Assembly (NCBI GenBank): GCA_902788345.1
Contig: CADAJP010000001.1
Span: forward strand, 153,795 to 217,794
DNA: 64,000 bases
From: an uncultured bacterium
Lineage (GTDB): Bacteria > Cyanobacteriota > Vampirovibrionia > Gastranaerophilales > Gastranaerophilaceae
Direction: 5' to 3'
Shown here piece after piece: positions 35,845 to 45,676 of this stretch. The notes under the pieces were generated by a model. The model searched no databases. It was not told where the DNA came from and saw only the letters and a program-made list of their open reading frames with translations. A program made the position numbers and the translations under genes. How positions within the stretch are numbered: position 1 is the first letter of the stretch; every line of letters starts with the position of its first letter.

Positions 35845-37543
35845 TACTCATATTAAGATAATATTTGTTAAATAAGTCCAGCAGGTATGTTTCGTTTTCA
35901 TTTTGAGTCTGGTTGTCTGAAATATTTTTTATATCATATAAATTGTGTTTTGACAATACTTCATTGTCTTGAGCTGAAATATTGCCGCCTGTTTCAGATA
36001 AAAATACATTTATAATCTTATCAAGGGAAATCTTCATGAATGTATCGGCAAGCATAGGATCAAAGTGTTTACCTGAACCTTCAATAATAATATTTAGAAC
36101 ATTTTTAATAGGCATTTTATCACGATAGTGTCTTTTTGAGGTTATTGCATCAAATACATCCGCAACGGCAAGTATTCTGCCTCCAAGAGTGATTTCTTCA
36201 CCTTTAAGGTGCCTGTAATATCCTGTGCCGTCATATTTTTCGTGATGCGATGATGCCATTTCCGTAATAATTCTAAAATCAGGCGACATATATAACTTGT
36301 TCAGAATATTATGGGTAATACGCACATGCTCCTGAATATGCTTGTATTCTTCGTCTGTGAGCTTGCCTTCTTTTTGTAGTACGGAATCTCTTATGCCGAT
36401 TTTACCGATATCGTGAAGTGTTGCAGCTTTCTCAAGCAAACTCTTATCTTTTTTATCAAGATTTAATTCGTCTGCAAGCAAAGATGAATACATACGAACC
36501 CTTGTAGAGTGACCTGCGGTAATTTTATCTCTTGCGTCAACTGAAGTTGCCAATGTATCAATAAAACTTTCAAACAAAAGTTTTTGCTCTCGGTACATTT
36601 GCAGCTGTTGATCAAATAATTGTGCATTTTCAAGTGCTATACTCGCACTTCCGCCTATTGCTATAAGTAAATCTTCGTCATTCTTTGTAAAAATTCCGTC
36701 TATTTTATTTAAAACCTGAAATGCACCAATAATTTCGTGGCTGTTATTCATAATAGGCATACATAAAATTGTTTTTGTTTTATAACCTGTTTTTTTATCA
36801 ACTTCAGGATTAAAACGCGAATCCGAATACGCATCAGTAATGTTTACTGTTTCGCCTGACTGAACAACATATCCTGCCAAACCTTTATCTGCAGGAAATC
36901 TTATTTCTTTATTTTCAACACCAAGAGCAACCTTTGACCATAATTCATTTGATTCTTTATCCCATAAAAATACGGTACATCTGTCGGCCTGCATTGCATT
37001 TTTTGTTTCTTGGGCAATGACTTTTAACAGTTCATCAATATCTGTCAATGCAGTAATAGAACGGCTGATTTTTACAAGCGAAACAAGCGGATCGGTTTGT
37101 GTCGGCAATGAATAATCCATACCGTTTTGCAACTGTTTAATTCTCGTATTGATAAGTTCTGACAGAGAAAATTCGTCATTCTGTGATGCGGTTTTTAGTG
37201 CATTATTGTAATGAATAAGCGCAATATCTTTATTATTTTCCGCAAAATTTATATTCCCTTTTACAAATTCATTTATCAATGTAGCTGTTTTATCTTCTTC
37301 ATTTTTGGCTAAAAAACTTGCCTCATCAAGAAATTCGGAGCCGTCACTTGTTCCGATTGAATATTGAATCATTGCATTAAGGCTGAGAACTATTGATAAA
37401 ATTTTATTATTGTTTGTATTTTGTGCAACATTATAAATGTCTGAAATGTAATTTTGCGCAGCAATATAGTCTTTTGAGCTGATACATTTTATACAGTCAT
37501 TTATAAGTTCATGCGTATTATCTTCAGATTTAGTTATTGTCAT
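35831..37543 (-). CDS. GAF plus HD-GYP domain protein (putative c-di-GMP phosphodiesterase) with an N-terminal helical repeat region
   Basis: The GAF core lies around residues 160-310. The HD motif is ATLHDIGKIG, and HHEKYDGTGYY matches HHExxDGxGY. Confidence 0.85.
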   Translation of the reverse strand: MTITKSEDNTHELINDCIKCISSKDYIAAQNYISDIYNVAQNTNNNKILSIVLSLNAMIQYSIGTSDGSEFLDEASFLAKNEEDKTATLINEFVKGNINFAENNKDIALIHYNNALKTASQNDEFSLSELINTRIKQLQNGMDYSLPTQTDPLVSLVKISRSITALTDIDELLKVIAQETKNAMQADRCTVFLWDKESNELWSKVALGVENKEIRFPADKGLAGYVVQSGETVNITDAYSDSRFNPEVDKKTGYKTKTILCMPIMNNSHEIIGAFQVLNKIDGIFTKNDEDLLIAIGGSASIALENAQLFDQQLQMYREQKLLFESFIDTLATSVDARDKITAGHSTRVRMYSSLLADELNLDKKDKSLLEKAATLHDIGKIGIRDSVLQKEGKLTDEEYKHIQEHVRITHNILNKLYMSPDFRIITEMASSHHEKYDGTGYYRHLKGEEITLGGRILAVADVFDAITSKRHYRDKMPIKNVLNIIIEGSGKHFDPMLADTFMKISLDKIINVFLSETGGNISAQDNEVLSKHNLYDIKNISDNQTQNENETYLLDLFNKYYLNMSNGNE

Positions 37544-37604
37544 AGTTCCCCTCTGAAGATTATTATATCATTTTTTTTATAAAATAAAAGACTTTTACAA
37601 AATT

Positions 37605-39221
37605 TTATGCTGCTTTTTCAGGCTCTTGTTTTCTGTATTGTTCTGTTCCCGGGAAACTATTTTCGCCGGTTCTTAATTTTGTAATAAGATATTGCATCTT
37701 AGGTATAAGGGTGGATAAGAAAAGTGCTGATATTGCAAATCCTGCACCCCAGTTAAGAGCATTGAGTTTAAAGTTCTTCTTTGATGCTTTGTCTATGATT
37801 TCGCTTGTAATTTCTTTTGCGCCCGATTTGTTTGCTTCTTCAATAACAGACTTAACATATCTTGTAAGGTCATCTTTAAGGCTGTCAAGCGAAGATTGAC
37901 TGATATATTTGTATTTGTTCATGAATTTTTTGCCAAATGCATTTGTATAGAATGCTTTTAAAAATTCAGGTTTATTAATTAAGCCTTCTTTGATAATATC
38001 TTTAGCCTGACCGGATGTTAAGATTGATTGTCCTTTAATCTGCGGCTGTAATTCTGACATGCGTTCGGCAACTTTTTCAAATTTTGCAATCTTGCTTTCT
38101 GATAAGCCCGAGTTTTTCAGTTCAGCTTTGAATTCATCAAGTGTAATTACCGCATTATTATTTAGTTTTTCAATAAATTCTTTTGGCAGGTCTTTTCCTG
38201 TGCCAAGCATATCTTTTTCGAATTTTGATAGGTCAACACTTCTTCCGTCAAGATAATTTTGCATATATTCAGTCGCAAATTTAGCAGAGGAAGTATCAAG
38301 TCTTGTTGTATGTTTATTATCCCAGCCCTGTTCAACTCTGTTTAGCAGACTGTTCATATGTCCCATACAGAACATGTAGAAATAAATTGAAGAAAGATCT
38401 CTGAATAATATCTCAACTCTTTCATTGTTGTTTCTTGCTGAAATAGCTCTTCCGCTTGCTGTACCTGCATCGACTGATAATAGTTTTACATTTCTGTTAT
38501 TTTCAAATGCATTTGCTATTTTTAAGTAATCCAGACCGTTAAATGATACATTTTTGTCTTTGTTTTGTTTACCAAATGCATTAAATTCAGGTCTCTTTAT
38601 ATAATTATCAGTATTAACCTGCGGTTTTTGTTCTGCGGCCTTGTCATTCTTGTGATATGAACGCGTAATTGCCTGATTAATTTTCGGTAGTATAAATCCT
38701 ATAAATGCGTTTGCTATCAGTACACTGGATATTACTTTTATAAATTTGAATCTGGCGATAAGCTTTTGAGGGATTTCTTTTTCTACAACTTTATTTACAG
38801 TTTTTTCTGTGCCGTCAGCTGCTTTTTCAATAACTTTCTCAACTTTCTTCATTTTTTCGGAAGCCAAGAAGTTATCTAATGGTTTACGAACATTATCACT
38901 TGCAATGTCAACCGTTTCTTTCGGTAAATTAAGAATTTTCTTGCCTAATTTTTCAAATAACCAGTTAAGTCCGGTTACACCGCCTAACCAAAAAACTGCG
39001 CCCGAAAATTCTTCAGTTATTCTTTCTCTTGCTTCGTCAAAACCGCCTCTTTTATAAGCCTGGTATGTTCTCCCTGCTTCTACAAATGCTTCGAGCGCGA
39101 TAACAGGTAAAAATCCGTCACTTGCCATTGATGAAACAATATTGTGCGGTTGAAACTGTTTTTTTACATTTGCAAGAGAGAATTTGGGGTATATTTTAAC
39201 TTCCGGTATTTTTACGGTCAT
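37605..39221 (-). CDS. Large membrane protein of unknown function
   Basis: 538 aa with hydrophobic segments at about 70-90, 165-185 and 490-510. No motif recognised. It is the first gene of the long minus-strand cluster. Confidence 0.5.
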   Translation of the reverse strand: MTVKIPEVKIYPKFSLANVKKQFQPHNIVSSMASDGFLPVIALEAFVEAGRTYQAYKRGGFDEARERITEEFSGAVFWLGGVTGLNWLFEKLGKKILNLPKETVDIASDNVRKPLDNFLASEKMKKVEKVIEKAADGTEKTVNKVVEKEIPQKLIARFKFIKVISSVLIANAFIGFILPKINQAITRSYHKNDKAAEQKPQVNTDNYIKRPEFNAFGKQNKDKNVSFNGLDYLKIANAFENNRNVKLLSVDAGTASGRAISARNNNERVEILFRDLSSIYFYMFCMGHMNSLLNRVEQGWDNKHTTRLDTSSAKFATEYMQNYLDGRSVDLSKFEKDMLGTGKDLPKEFIEKLNNNAVITLDEFKAELKNSGLSESKIAKFEKVAERMSELQPQIKGQSILTSGQAKDIIKEGLINKPEFLKAFYTNAFGKKFMNKYKYISQSSLDSLKDDLTRYVKSVIEEANKSGAKEITSEIIDKASKKNFKLNALNWGAGFAISALFLSTLIPKMQYLITKLRTGENSFPGTEQYRKQEPEKAA

Positions 39222-39422
39222 GACACACTATTCTTTCACTAAATAAGATATCATGCATAAAACTGGTGAAGTTTAATTTTTGTCTTAAATACACTTTTTG
39301 TTAAATTTTTGTTACATGTTCAGCGAATATTGATAAAAAATAAGTTATATACTTGCAAAAACTTGAAAAAAAGAGTATTATTCTTATGTGGTCAATATAG
39401 TACTGTAACTTGGAGAAAAAAA

Positions 39423-39734
39423 ATGTACGAAGATGAAAAATTAGTGTGTGAAGACTGTGGTTGTGAGTTTGTTTTTACTGCCGGGGAACAAGAATTTTAT
39501 GCAGAAAAGGGTTTGGTAAATAAACCAAAAAGATGCCCTGAGTGCAGAAAAACAAGAAGAAAACTTCATCGTAAATCGAGAAGAATGTATGATGCTGTTT
39601 GTTCAAAATGCGGTGTTCAGACACAGGTTCCGTTTAAGCCGGTTCCTGGTAAAGAAGTTTATTGCAGAGATTGTTTCAAGGAGGTTGCAGAGTCAACACC
39701 TGCAGAACAGCCTGAATCAACGACAGTTGCGTAA
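39423..39734 (+). CDS. Zinc-ribbon protein (two CxxC-N-CxxC units)
   Basis: GGAG precedes ATG 39423. Sequence includes CEDCGCEFVFTAGEQEFYAEKGLVNKPKRCPECR and CSKCGVQTQVPFKPVPGKEVYCRDC. Confidence 0.7.
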   Translation: MYEDEKLVCEDCGCEFVFTAGEQEFYAEKGLVNKPKRCPECRKTRRKLHRKSRRMYDAVCSKCGVQTQVPFKPVPGKEVYCRDCFKEVAESTPAEQPESTTVA

Positions 39735-39751
39735 TAATTTTATATTATAAA

Positions 39752-39790
39752 AAAAATATCGACTTTATTATTAAGGTCGATATTTTTTTT
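39752..39790 (+). terminator. Terminator
   Basis: aaaaATATCGACtttattattaagGTCGATATtttttttt. Confidence 0.8.
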
Positions 39791-39840
39791 CGCAAAAATT
39801 ATTTTTAGGTGTTTTATATAATTTCAGTAGGATAAAAAAT

Positions 39841-40905
39841 ATGAATTTTGATATAAACACAAGCAGGTCATCTTTTTCCTTTAGGGGAAAAATACCTAAT
39901 ATAAATAAAAAGACTGAAAAAATACAGGAGCTTGCCGCAAGAGGCAAAAGTCTTCCGCAAATTTCTCGCAGGTGTGATATCCCATATGAAACTCTAAGAA
40001 ATTATCTTGGCAAATCCGGTGTGCAGACGGTATGTCAAAGAGCGTTACATGAGGTTTCAAAGTCTGAAATTTTAAAACTTGTGAATCAGGGATACACAAC
40101 TGGTGAAATATCTTGTGCGCTTGGTATTGATGTTTTAACAGCTGATAAATTATTTAAAAAATTTGGAATAAAGTCATATAATACTCTTATTAATGAAAGT
40201 ATTGCCGAATATGTTGAAAATCCGAGTAAAAATAGTAAAACAAAGGCTGTTAAAGTTGTAGATAAATATCTTCAAAATATAGCAAAAAGTGTGGTTTCGA
40301 AAAATGAAGCTTGTTCATATGATGATTATTTACAGAATCTTCGATTAGATTTTCTAAATAGGCTTGAAGAATGCCGAGAGGGAATTATTAATCCGAGCAA
40401 AGTTATTTTTTACATGAAACAGCTTAAACCTACAAAAAATGATTTGTATTTGTATGCAAAAAACTATAATACTGAATTGCTAGGTTCAGGTGATTGTAAG
40501 CCGATTTCTTGGGATGATATTGTTGTTGAAAAACCAAAAATAAAATTTGTTGATTTAGATAATTTTTATTCAGAAGACAAAAATATTTTATCTTTTGAAA
40601 ATAGTGATTATAATTCGCGTTATCTTCGCAATCTATTATATGAGCTTACTTGTGATGAACGCACAGCTTTAAATGCACGATACGGCATCTATAATTATAA
40701 TAATGTAAAAAGAGGGTACGAGTTTGGGCTTGGAGAAATACAAAGATTATTACGCTTTAAAACAAAAGATGCTGCCGTAAATATTCTTGAACGGGCAAAA
40801 CGCAGTTTGCGTGATATTTTAAATGAAAAACGTGATTTAAAGGCAGCATTATTTGATAGCGCAAGTATTACTCCTAATGTTAAATATCCCCCAAAAGAGA
40901 TGTAA
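39841..40905 (+). CDS. Multi-HTH protein with a sigma-70 region-2/region-4-like C-terminal half
   Basis: N-terminal HTHs are LAARGKSLPQISRRCDIPYETLRNYL and LVNQGYTTGEISCALGID. The C-terminus LTCDERTALNARYG...GLGEIQRLLRFKTKDAAVNILERAKRSLRDIL resembles sigma region 4. Confidence 0.4.
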   Translation: MNFDINTSRSSFSFRGKIPNINKKTEKIQELAARGKSLPQISRRCDIPYETLRNYLGKSGVQTVCQRALHEVSKSEILKLVNQGYTTGEISCALGIDVLTADKLFKKFGIKSYNTLINESIAEYVENPSKNSKTKAVKVVDKYLQNIAKSVVSKNEACSYDDYLQNLRLDFLNRLEECREGIINPSKVIFYMKQLKPTKNDLYLYAKNYNTELLGSGDCKPISWDDIVVEKPKIKFVDLDNFYSEDKNILSFENSDYNSRYLRNLLYELTCDERTALNARYGIYNYNNVKRGYEFGLGEIQRLLRFKTKDAAVNILERAKRSLRDILNEKRDLKAALFDSASITPNVKYPPKEM

Positions 40906-40910
40906 TAATT

Positions 40911-40940
40911 AAACCCGGCTAACAAAAGTTAATCGGGTTT
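40911..40940 (+). terminator. Imperfect hairpin after the 39841 gene
   Basis: AAACCCGgctaacaaaagttaatCGGGTTT. Confidence 0.45.
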
Positions 40941-40944
40941 AAAT

Positions 40945-41033
40945 CGGAGAAGGTGGGATTTGAACCCACGGTGCAGGTAACCCCACACAACACCTTAGCA
41001 GGGTGCCGCCTTAAGCCACTCGGCCACTTCTCC
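40945..41033 (-). tRNA. tRNA-Ser (anticodon GCU)
   Basis: In the reverse complement the acceptor is GGAGAAG/CTTCTCC, the anticodon loop is CTGCTAA, the variable arm is long, and the T-arm is GTGGGTTCAAATCCCAC. Confidence 0.9.
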
Positions 41034-41188
41034 ATTTGCGGCATAACCTTTTGCCAAGATTATACAATCATGCTATCATAAAAAAAATATTTTGAAAAGT
41101 CTTTAAAAAAAAATTTTGCAGGATATAATATAGATAGTGATTTTGGATTATTTGCCTGTTTTAAACACTGGCAGAAAGGTTATAAATT

Positions 41189-41704
41189 ATGATAGAAATG
41201 AAGGTTATGGGTATAGCACTCGACACAAGAACAGGTTCTCCAATTGTTGTTTTACACGATAAAGAGAACAGGCGTGCATTACCAATTTGGATTGGTTCAG
41301 CTGAAGCAAGCTCTATTATCCGTAAAATTGAAAATCTCTCTGTTTCAAGGCCTATGACTCACGATTTGGTTATAAGTATAATTGAAAAAACAGGCTATAA
41401 ACTTGAAAAAGTTGAAATTAATGATGTTGAAAAAGAAACCTATTATGCAACTATTTACCTGAAAAATGAAAAAGATGAAGTTGTTGAAATTGATTCAAGA
41501 CCTTCAGATGCAATTGCGGTTGCAATAAGGGTAGAAGCTCCTATATATGTAAATGCAAAAGTTCTTTCAACAGGCTCTGTTTCAACCGACAGTGCAAAAG
41601 ATGCTCAAGAAGCGGAAGAATTTAAAACATTTATTCAGGATATTAAACCTTCTGATTTTGCAAAACTTATGAAAGATACTGATACGCACGAAAGCGATCA
41701 GTAA
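41189..41704 (+). CDS. Bifunctional nuclease (BFN/DUF151) family protein
   Basis: VMGIALDTRTGSPIVVLHDKENRRALPIWIGSAEASSI...RPSDAIAVAIR. Confidence 0.8.
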   Translation: MIEMKVMGIALDTRTGSPIVVLHDKENRRALPIWIGSAEASSIIRKIENLSVSRPMTHDLVISIIEKTGYKLEKVEINDVEKETYYATIYLKNEKDEVVEIDSRPSDAIAVAIRVEAPIYVNAKVLSTGSVSTDSAKDAQEAEEFKTFIQDIKPSDFAKLMKDTDTHESDQ

Positions 41705-41709
41705 ATAGT

Positions 41710-42501
41710 TTATTTGCAAAATCTGCGTAAATAATGTACATCATCTCTGAATTTAAAAACATCTATTGGCTCTTTAATTATTGTATTTAATGTAATTAAG
41801 GCATTGTTTCTTATTATTAATGATAATTTGGAAAAATTATAATCGCCGCCGCTTATATTCCCGCCTGTTACATCCTTTGTTGATATATTATTACCGCTTA
41901 TATGATAAATTATAGGGTTCAGTATATTTAATTCTCTTAGAAAATCATACGGATCTCTGTCAGTTATGTTAGCAGAGCAAACAGCATTTTCAATATCAAG
42001 ACAAAAGCCGCAATAAGTATCTTTTTTAACCATTTCAAGTTCTTCACCGCATGAGCCTATACCCGCAGCGCTGCTTAGTTCTGCAATTCTATACACATTA
42101 TTTTTAACAATTATATTTTTAGGTTTAAATTCTTTTAGTTGTCTTATTGTTTCGCTTATATTACCTCTGTAGCCGGGGGTTATTATCGTGCATCTTGAAT
42201 TTAGAGCTTGTCTGAACTGTTCTATTTCATCAAAAATTCTTCTGTTAATTTCAAAATTGTCAGGGTTGGCAAAATTTATTTTATGATGATAATCAGGAGC
42301 TTCAAGCATTATAGGTAGGCTGATTTTTTCGCCGGATAAACCTGTTGACTGGAAATTCTTCCATTTTTCTATTGTATCGGTTGTGTTTGGTACAACATAA
42401 AGCTCTACATAATCAAATAATTTTTTTGAATACAATTCGGCAACAGCGTTTATACATTCGCTGTCAGCTGTAGATAAAAGTTTCAGCCCGACTTTTGCCA
42501 T
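41710..42501 (-). CDS. Hypothetical protein, possibly a TIM-barrel (xylose-isomerase-like) fold
   Basis: 263-aa ORF with an alternating beta/alpha-like pattern. No diagnostic motif. Confidence 0.35.
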   Translation of the reverse strand: MAKVGLKLLSTADSECINAVAELYSKKLFDYVELYVVPNTTDTIEKWKNFQSTGLSGEKISLPIMLEAPDYHHKINFANPDNFEINRRIFDEIEQFRQALNSRCTIITPGYRGNISETIRQLKEFKPKNIIVKNNVYRIAELSSAAGIGSCGEELEMVKKDTYCGFCLDIENAVCSANITDRDPYDFLRELNILNPIIYHISGNNISTKDVTGGNISGGDYNFSKLSLIIRNNALITLNTIIKEPIDVFKFRDDVHYLRRFCK

Positions 42502-42640
42502 TAAAGACTCCTCTATATCTTATTTAATCCCTGAATTTAGAAAATAATAACATACTTAGATTATTTTTACAAAATGATTAAGATTATTTGATTTATATTG
42601 ATCAATGTTTGTGATAAACTCATCTTACGAGGTATTTAAT

Positions 42641-43690
42641 ATGATTATAATTATGGAAAAGACAGCTACTGTTGAAAATATACAGGCTGTTATGGATAAA
42701 TTAAAAGAACACGGATTTAGGGCAATTCTTCACGAAGGGGATGTTCACACCGTTATTGATGCTCTTGGTGATAAAACAACCCTGTCTTTAAACAGATTAG
42801 AAGCTATGGAAGGTGTCAGCCAGGTAAAAATGATTAGAGAACCGTACAGATTAGCTTCTCGTGACAGAAAGCCGGAAGATACCGTTATAGAATTTGATAA
42901 TGGTGTAAAAATCGGCGGGAATAACAGACCTGTATTTATGGTTGGTCCTTGTTCCGTTGAAGATGATTATGATGGGTTATTAGAAGTTGCGGTTGCAGCA
43001 AAAGAACTTGGATGCCAATTTTTAAGAGGCGGAGCTTTTAAACCTAGGACTTCACCTTACGATTTTGACGGATTGGGTGAAAAAGCACTTCAGTATTTGC
43101 AAAAAGCCGGTAAAGAAACAGGATTGCTTGTTGTTACCGAGTTAATGGATGCTTCTGACTTAGAGCTTGTTGAAAAATATGCTGATGTAATTCAAATCGG
43201 TGCAAGAAACATGCAGAACTTTCGCTTGCTGAAAGCTGTTGGTAAATGCAATAAGCCTGTTGTGTTAAAAAGAGGTCCTGCAAGTTCTATAAAAGAATTT
43301 TTGCTTGCCGCTGAGCATATTATGTATAACGGGAATGAAAAAGTTATATTATGTGAAAGAGGTATAAAAGGCTTTGATTCGTCTTATACTCGTAATGTAT
43401 TAGATATTTCGGCAATTCCTGTTATCAAAAAGTATTCACATTTACCTATTATAGTAGATCCAAGCCATGGCACAGGTCAAAGATATTTGATTGAGCCTAT
43501 GTCAAAAGCCGGTTTGGTTGCCGGAGCAGATGGTGTTATGGTGGAAGTGCATTCAAATCCTGCAAAAGCATTGAGTGATGGTAAACAGAGCTTGTCTATT
43601 CCTCAATTTAGGGATGTATTTGCCAAGCTAAATAATTTAATTGATGTATTACATCTTGAAAAGACTAATGTTGCATCTCAGGTTGAATAA
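42641..43690 (+). CDS. 3-deoxy-7-phosphoheptulonate (DAHP) synthase, type I-beta, with an N-terminal ferredoxin-like regulatory domain
   Basis: GPCSVE, LRGGAFKPRTSPY, IGARNMQNF, KRG and DPSHG motifs. ATG 42641 is preceded by GAGG. Confidence 0.9.
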   Translation: MIIIMEKTATVENIQAVMDKLKEHGFRAILHEGDVHTVIDALGDKTTLSLNRLEAMEGVSQVKMIREPYRLASRDRKPEDTVIEFDNGVKIGGNNRPVFMVGPCSVEDDYDGLLEVAVAAKELGCQFLRGGAFKPRTSPYDFDGLGEKALQYLQKAGKETGLLVVTELMDASDLELVEKYADVIQIGARNMQNFRLLKAVGKCNKPVVLKRGPASSIKEFLLAAEHIMYNGNEKVILCERGIKGFDSSYTRNVLDISAIPVIKKYSHLPIIVDPSHGTGQRYLIEPMSKAGLVAGADGVMVEVHSNPAKALSDGKQSLSIPQFRDVFAKLNNLIDVLHLEKTNVASQVE

Positions 43691-43698
43691 TACGAAAA

Positions 43699-43757
43699 CC
43701 CCTTTCGGCAGAACGCAAACTGTCTAATGCAATTCTGCGTTTATTGAAAGGGGAATG
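43699..43757 (-). terminator. Compound hairpin between convergent genes; plausible terminator for the minus-strand ATPase gene
   Basis: Outer stem is CCCCTTTC (43699-706) with GAAAGGGG (43746-753). Inner stem is GCAGAA with TTCTGC. A TTTT follows on the minus strand. Confidence 0.4.
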
Positions 43758-43785
43758 AAAATCTTTATAGGTATATTTATACTTA

Positions 43786-45492
43786 TTATTTGGTTTTGTC
43801 TGTAAATTCTGTACCGCCGACAATTCGCAGGTGACGATTTTCACCTTCTCCAACGGATGTTGAATCAAGATTATGCTGTTGAGCAAGTTCGTGCTGCAAT
43901 TTTCTAATCTGCTGATTTTGCGGTTTTAATTCAATATCCTTTACTGAGCCGGTAAGTATTTTTTCAATAGCAGATTTTGCTTCATCCAATGCACGTTCTG
44001 TTATGTCATAAAAAGATTTTGTTTCTTTTAAGTCTGCAATATCCAAAGCTTGCTTTATAACTTTTTGAATTTGAGCCATTGAATTTGTTTTTACATAGAA
44101 AATTTGTAATCTGTCATGTTCTGCGGTTGATAAGACTTTCGCACCACCTTTAACAAAGTTTTTGTGTGCAATTACTATATCAGCATCATCAATATTTCTG
44201 GTAATTTCCGCATTCAAATCAAGACGCTCGATAACTTTTTCCGCAATACTTCTTGAAACAGCATACAGATAAATTTTCTTGTAATTTTTTACATCTTCAA
44301 CATATTTTTGCCTTGAAAAACTGAATTTAAGGCTTTCCGGATGGTCAATTGTATCATCAAGTTTATTAATTTTATCCAATACATTAGGAACTCTTTGGAT
44401 AGACTGAATCGGTGCAGAGGCACTAAATTCATAAGTTTTATCAACTTTTCTGATTTCAGGCTTAATCGGCCATCCTCTTAATATGTAATCTACTGCCTCT
44501 GCAGTATTCTTATAAACCGCCAGTGTATTTCTGTCTAAAATTTCTATTACAATATCAAATGTAGGTTGTTTTTCACGCTCTAAAACCGTTTTTTGAGATG
44601 CTCTGCGTTTTGCTTCATCATCGCCCAAAGTTACAGATTGAATTCCGCCAACAAGGTCTGATAAAGTCGGGTTTTTAATCAAGTTTTCTAATGTATTACC
44701 ATGAGCAGTCGCAATAAGCATTACGCCGCGTTCTGCAATAGTTCTTGCTGCCTGAGCTTCTTCTTCAGTACCGATTTCGTCAACGATTATTACTTCAGGT
44801 GTGTGATTTTCAACCGCTTCAATCATAATATCTTTTTGAAATTCAGGTTGTCTTACCTGCATTCTTCTTGCATGACCAACTGCAGGATGAGGAACATCGC
44901 CATCACCGGCTATTTCATTTGAAGTATCGACAATTACAACCCTTTTTGAAAGCTCATCTGCAACAAGTCTTGAAATTTCTCTTAATTTTGTTGTTTTTCC
45001 GACACCAGGACGACCTAAAAAGAGAATACTTTTATTTTGCAGGCAAATATCTTTTATGCAGGATATTGTACCTGTTACTACGCGGCCAATACGGCAGGTT
45101 AGCCCGACAACTTTGCCCTGACGATTTCTTATTGCACTTATTCTGTGCAAAGTACCTGCAATTCCCGAACGATTATCTGAAGTAAATTCCTGAACTCTGG
45201 AAGTTATATAAATGATGTCTGAATCATTAACAAGTTCAGTATCGAGATAAGTGATATTGCCGCCGGAATTACGAATTTCCGGAACTCTGCCCAAATCAAG
45301 CACTATTTCAATAGCATCTTCAAGCATCTGCGGATTTAAACACTGCCTGATTTTTTGCGGCAATATGTCCAGCAATTTTTCAATATCATTCTCTAATTTC
45401 AGGTTGCTCACGTTCGCCACCTCTCCAGTGAGATTATACCAAATTATTTTTATTGGGGTAAAATTGGTATTTCTTCTATTTATATTATACAT
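43786..45492 (-). CDS. Ycf45/SpoIIIAA-like P-loop ATPase with a C-terminal R3H domain
   Basis: EIVLDLGRVPEIR and GRPGVGKTTKLREI (Walker A). The C-terminus QIRKLQHELAQQHNLDSTSVGEGENRHLRI is R3H-like. The exact start is uncertain. Confidence 0.75.
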   Translation of the reverse strand: MYNINRRNTNFTPIKIIWYNLTGEVANVSNLKLENDIEKLLDILPQKIRQCLNPQMLEDAIEIVLDLGRVPEIRNSGGNITYLDTELVNDSDIIYITSRVQEFTSDNRSGIAGTLHRISAIRNRQGKVVGLTCRIGRVVTGTISCIKDICLQNKSILFLGRPGVGKTTKLREISRLVADELSKRVVIVDTSNEIAGDGDVPHPAVGHARRMQVRQPEFQKDIMIEAVENHTPEVIIVDEIGTEEEAQAARTIAERGVMLIATAHGNTLENLIKNPTLSDLVGGIQSVTLGDDEAKRRASQKTVLEREKQPTFDIVIEILDRNTLAVYKNTAEAVDYILRGWPIKPEIRKVDKTYEFSASAPIQSIQRVPNVLDKINKLDDTIDHPESLKFSFSRQKYVEDVKNYKKIYLYAVSRSIAEKVIERLDLNAEITRNIDDADIVIAHKNFVKGGAKVLSTAEHDRLQIFYVKTNSMAQIQKVIKQALDIADLKETKSFYDITERALDEAKSAIEKILTGSVKDIELKPQNQQIRKLQHELAQQHNLDSTSVGEGENRHLRIVGGTEFTDKTK

Positions 45493-45676
45493 TATTTTAC
45501 GTAATTTATCTTTAATAAATTTAAAAAAAATAACTCAATTTTAACAAAACTTTACATTTTAAAATGGGCCATATGCGTGTAATAGTAACACTTTTCATTT
45601 TAAAAAATAAAATAAAAATAAAAATTTTATATAAAATTATATATGTAAGAATAAGAAAAATTTATGTGAAGATATA

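Noticed and set aside
39241-39310. Possible seventh copy of the CAATT-N15-TTTATATA motif upstream of 37605..39221
   Set aside because: Only the A-rich/ATT part and the spacing match (aaaaagtgtATT-N15-ACTTcaccag). The TATATA block is absent.
39309-39422. N-terminal extension of the zinc-ribbon ORF in the track
   Set aside because: The extension covers the promoter region. An internal ATG at 39423 has a GGAG Shine-Dalgarno, and the conserved zinc-ribbon sequence begins right there. The same reasoning trimmed the starts at 1376, 16078, 42605, 56879, 56563, 9441 and 28511.
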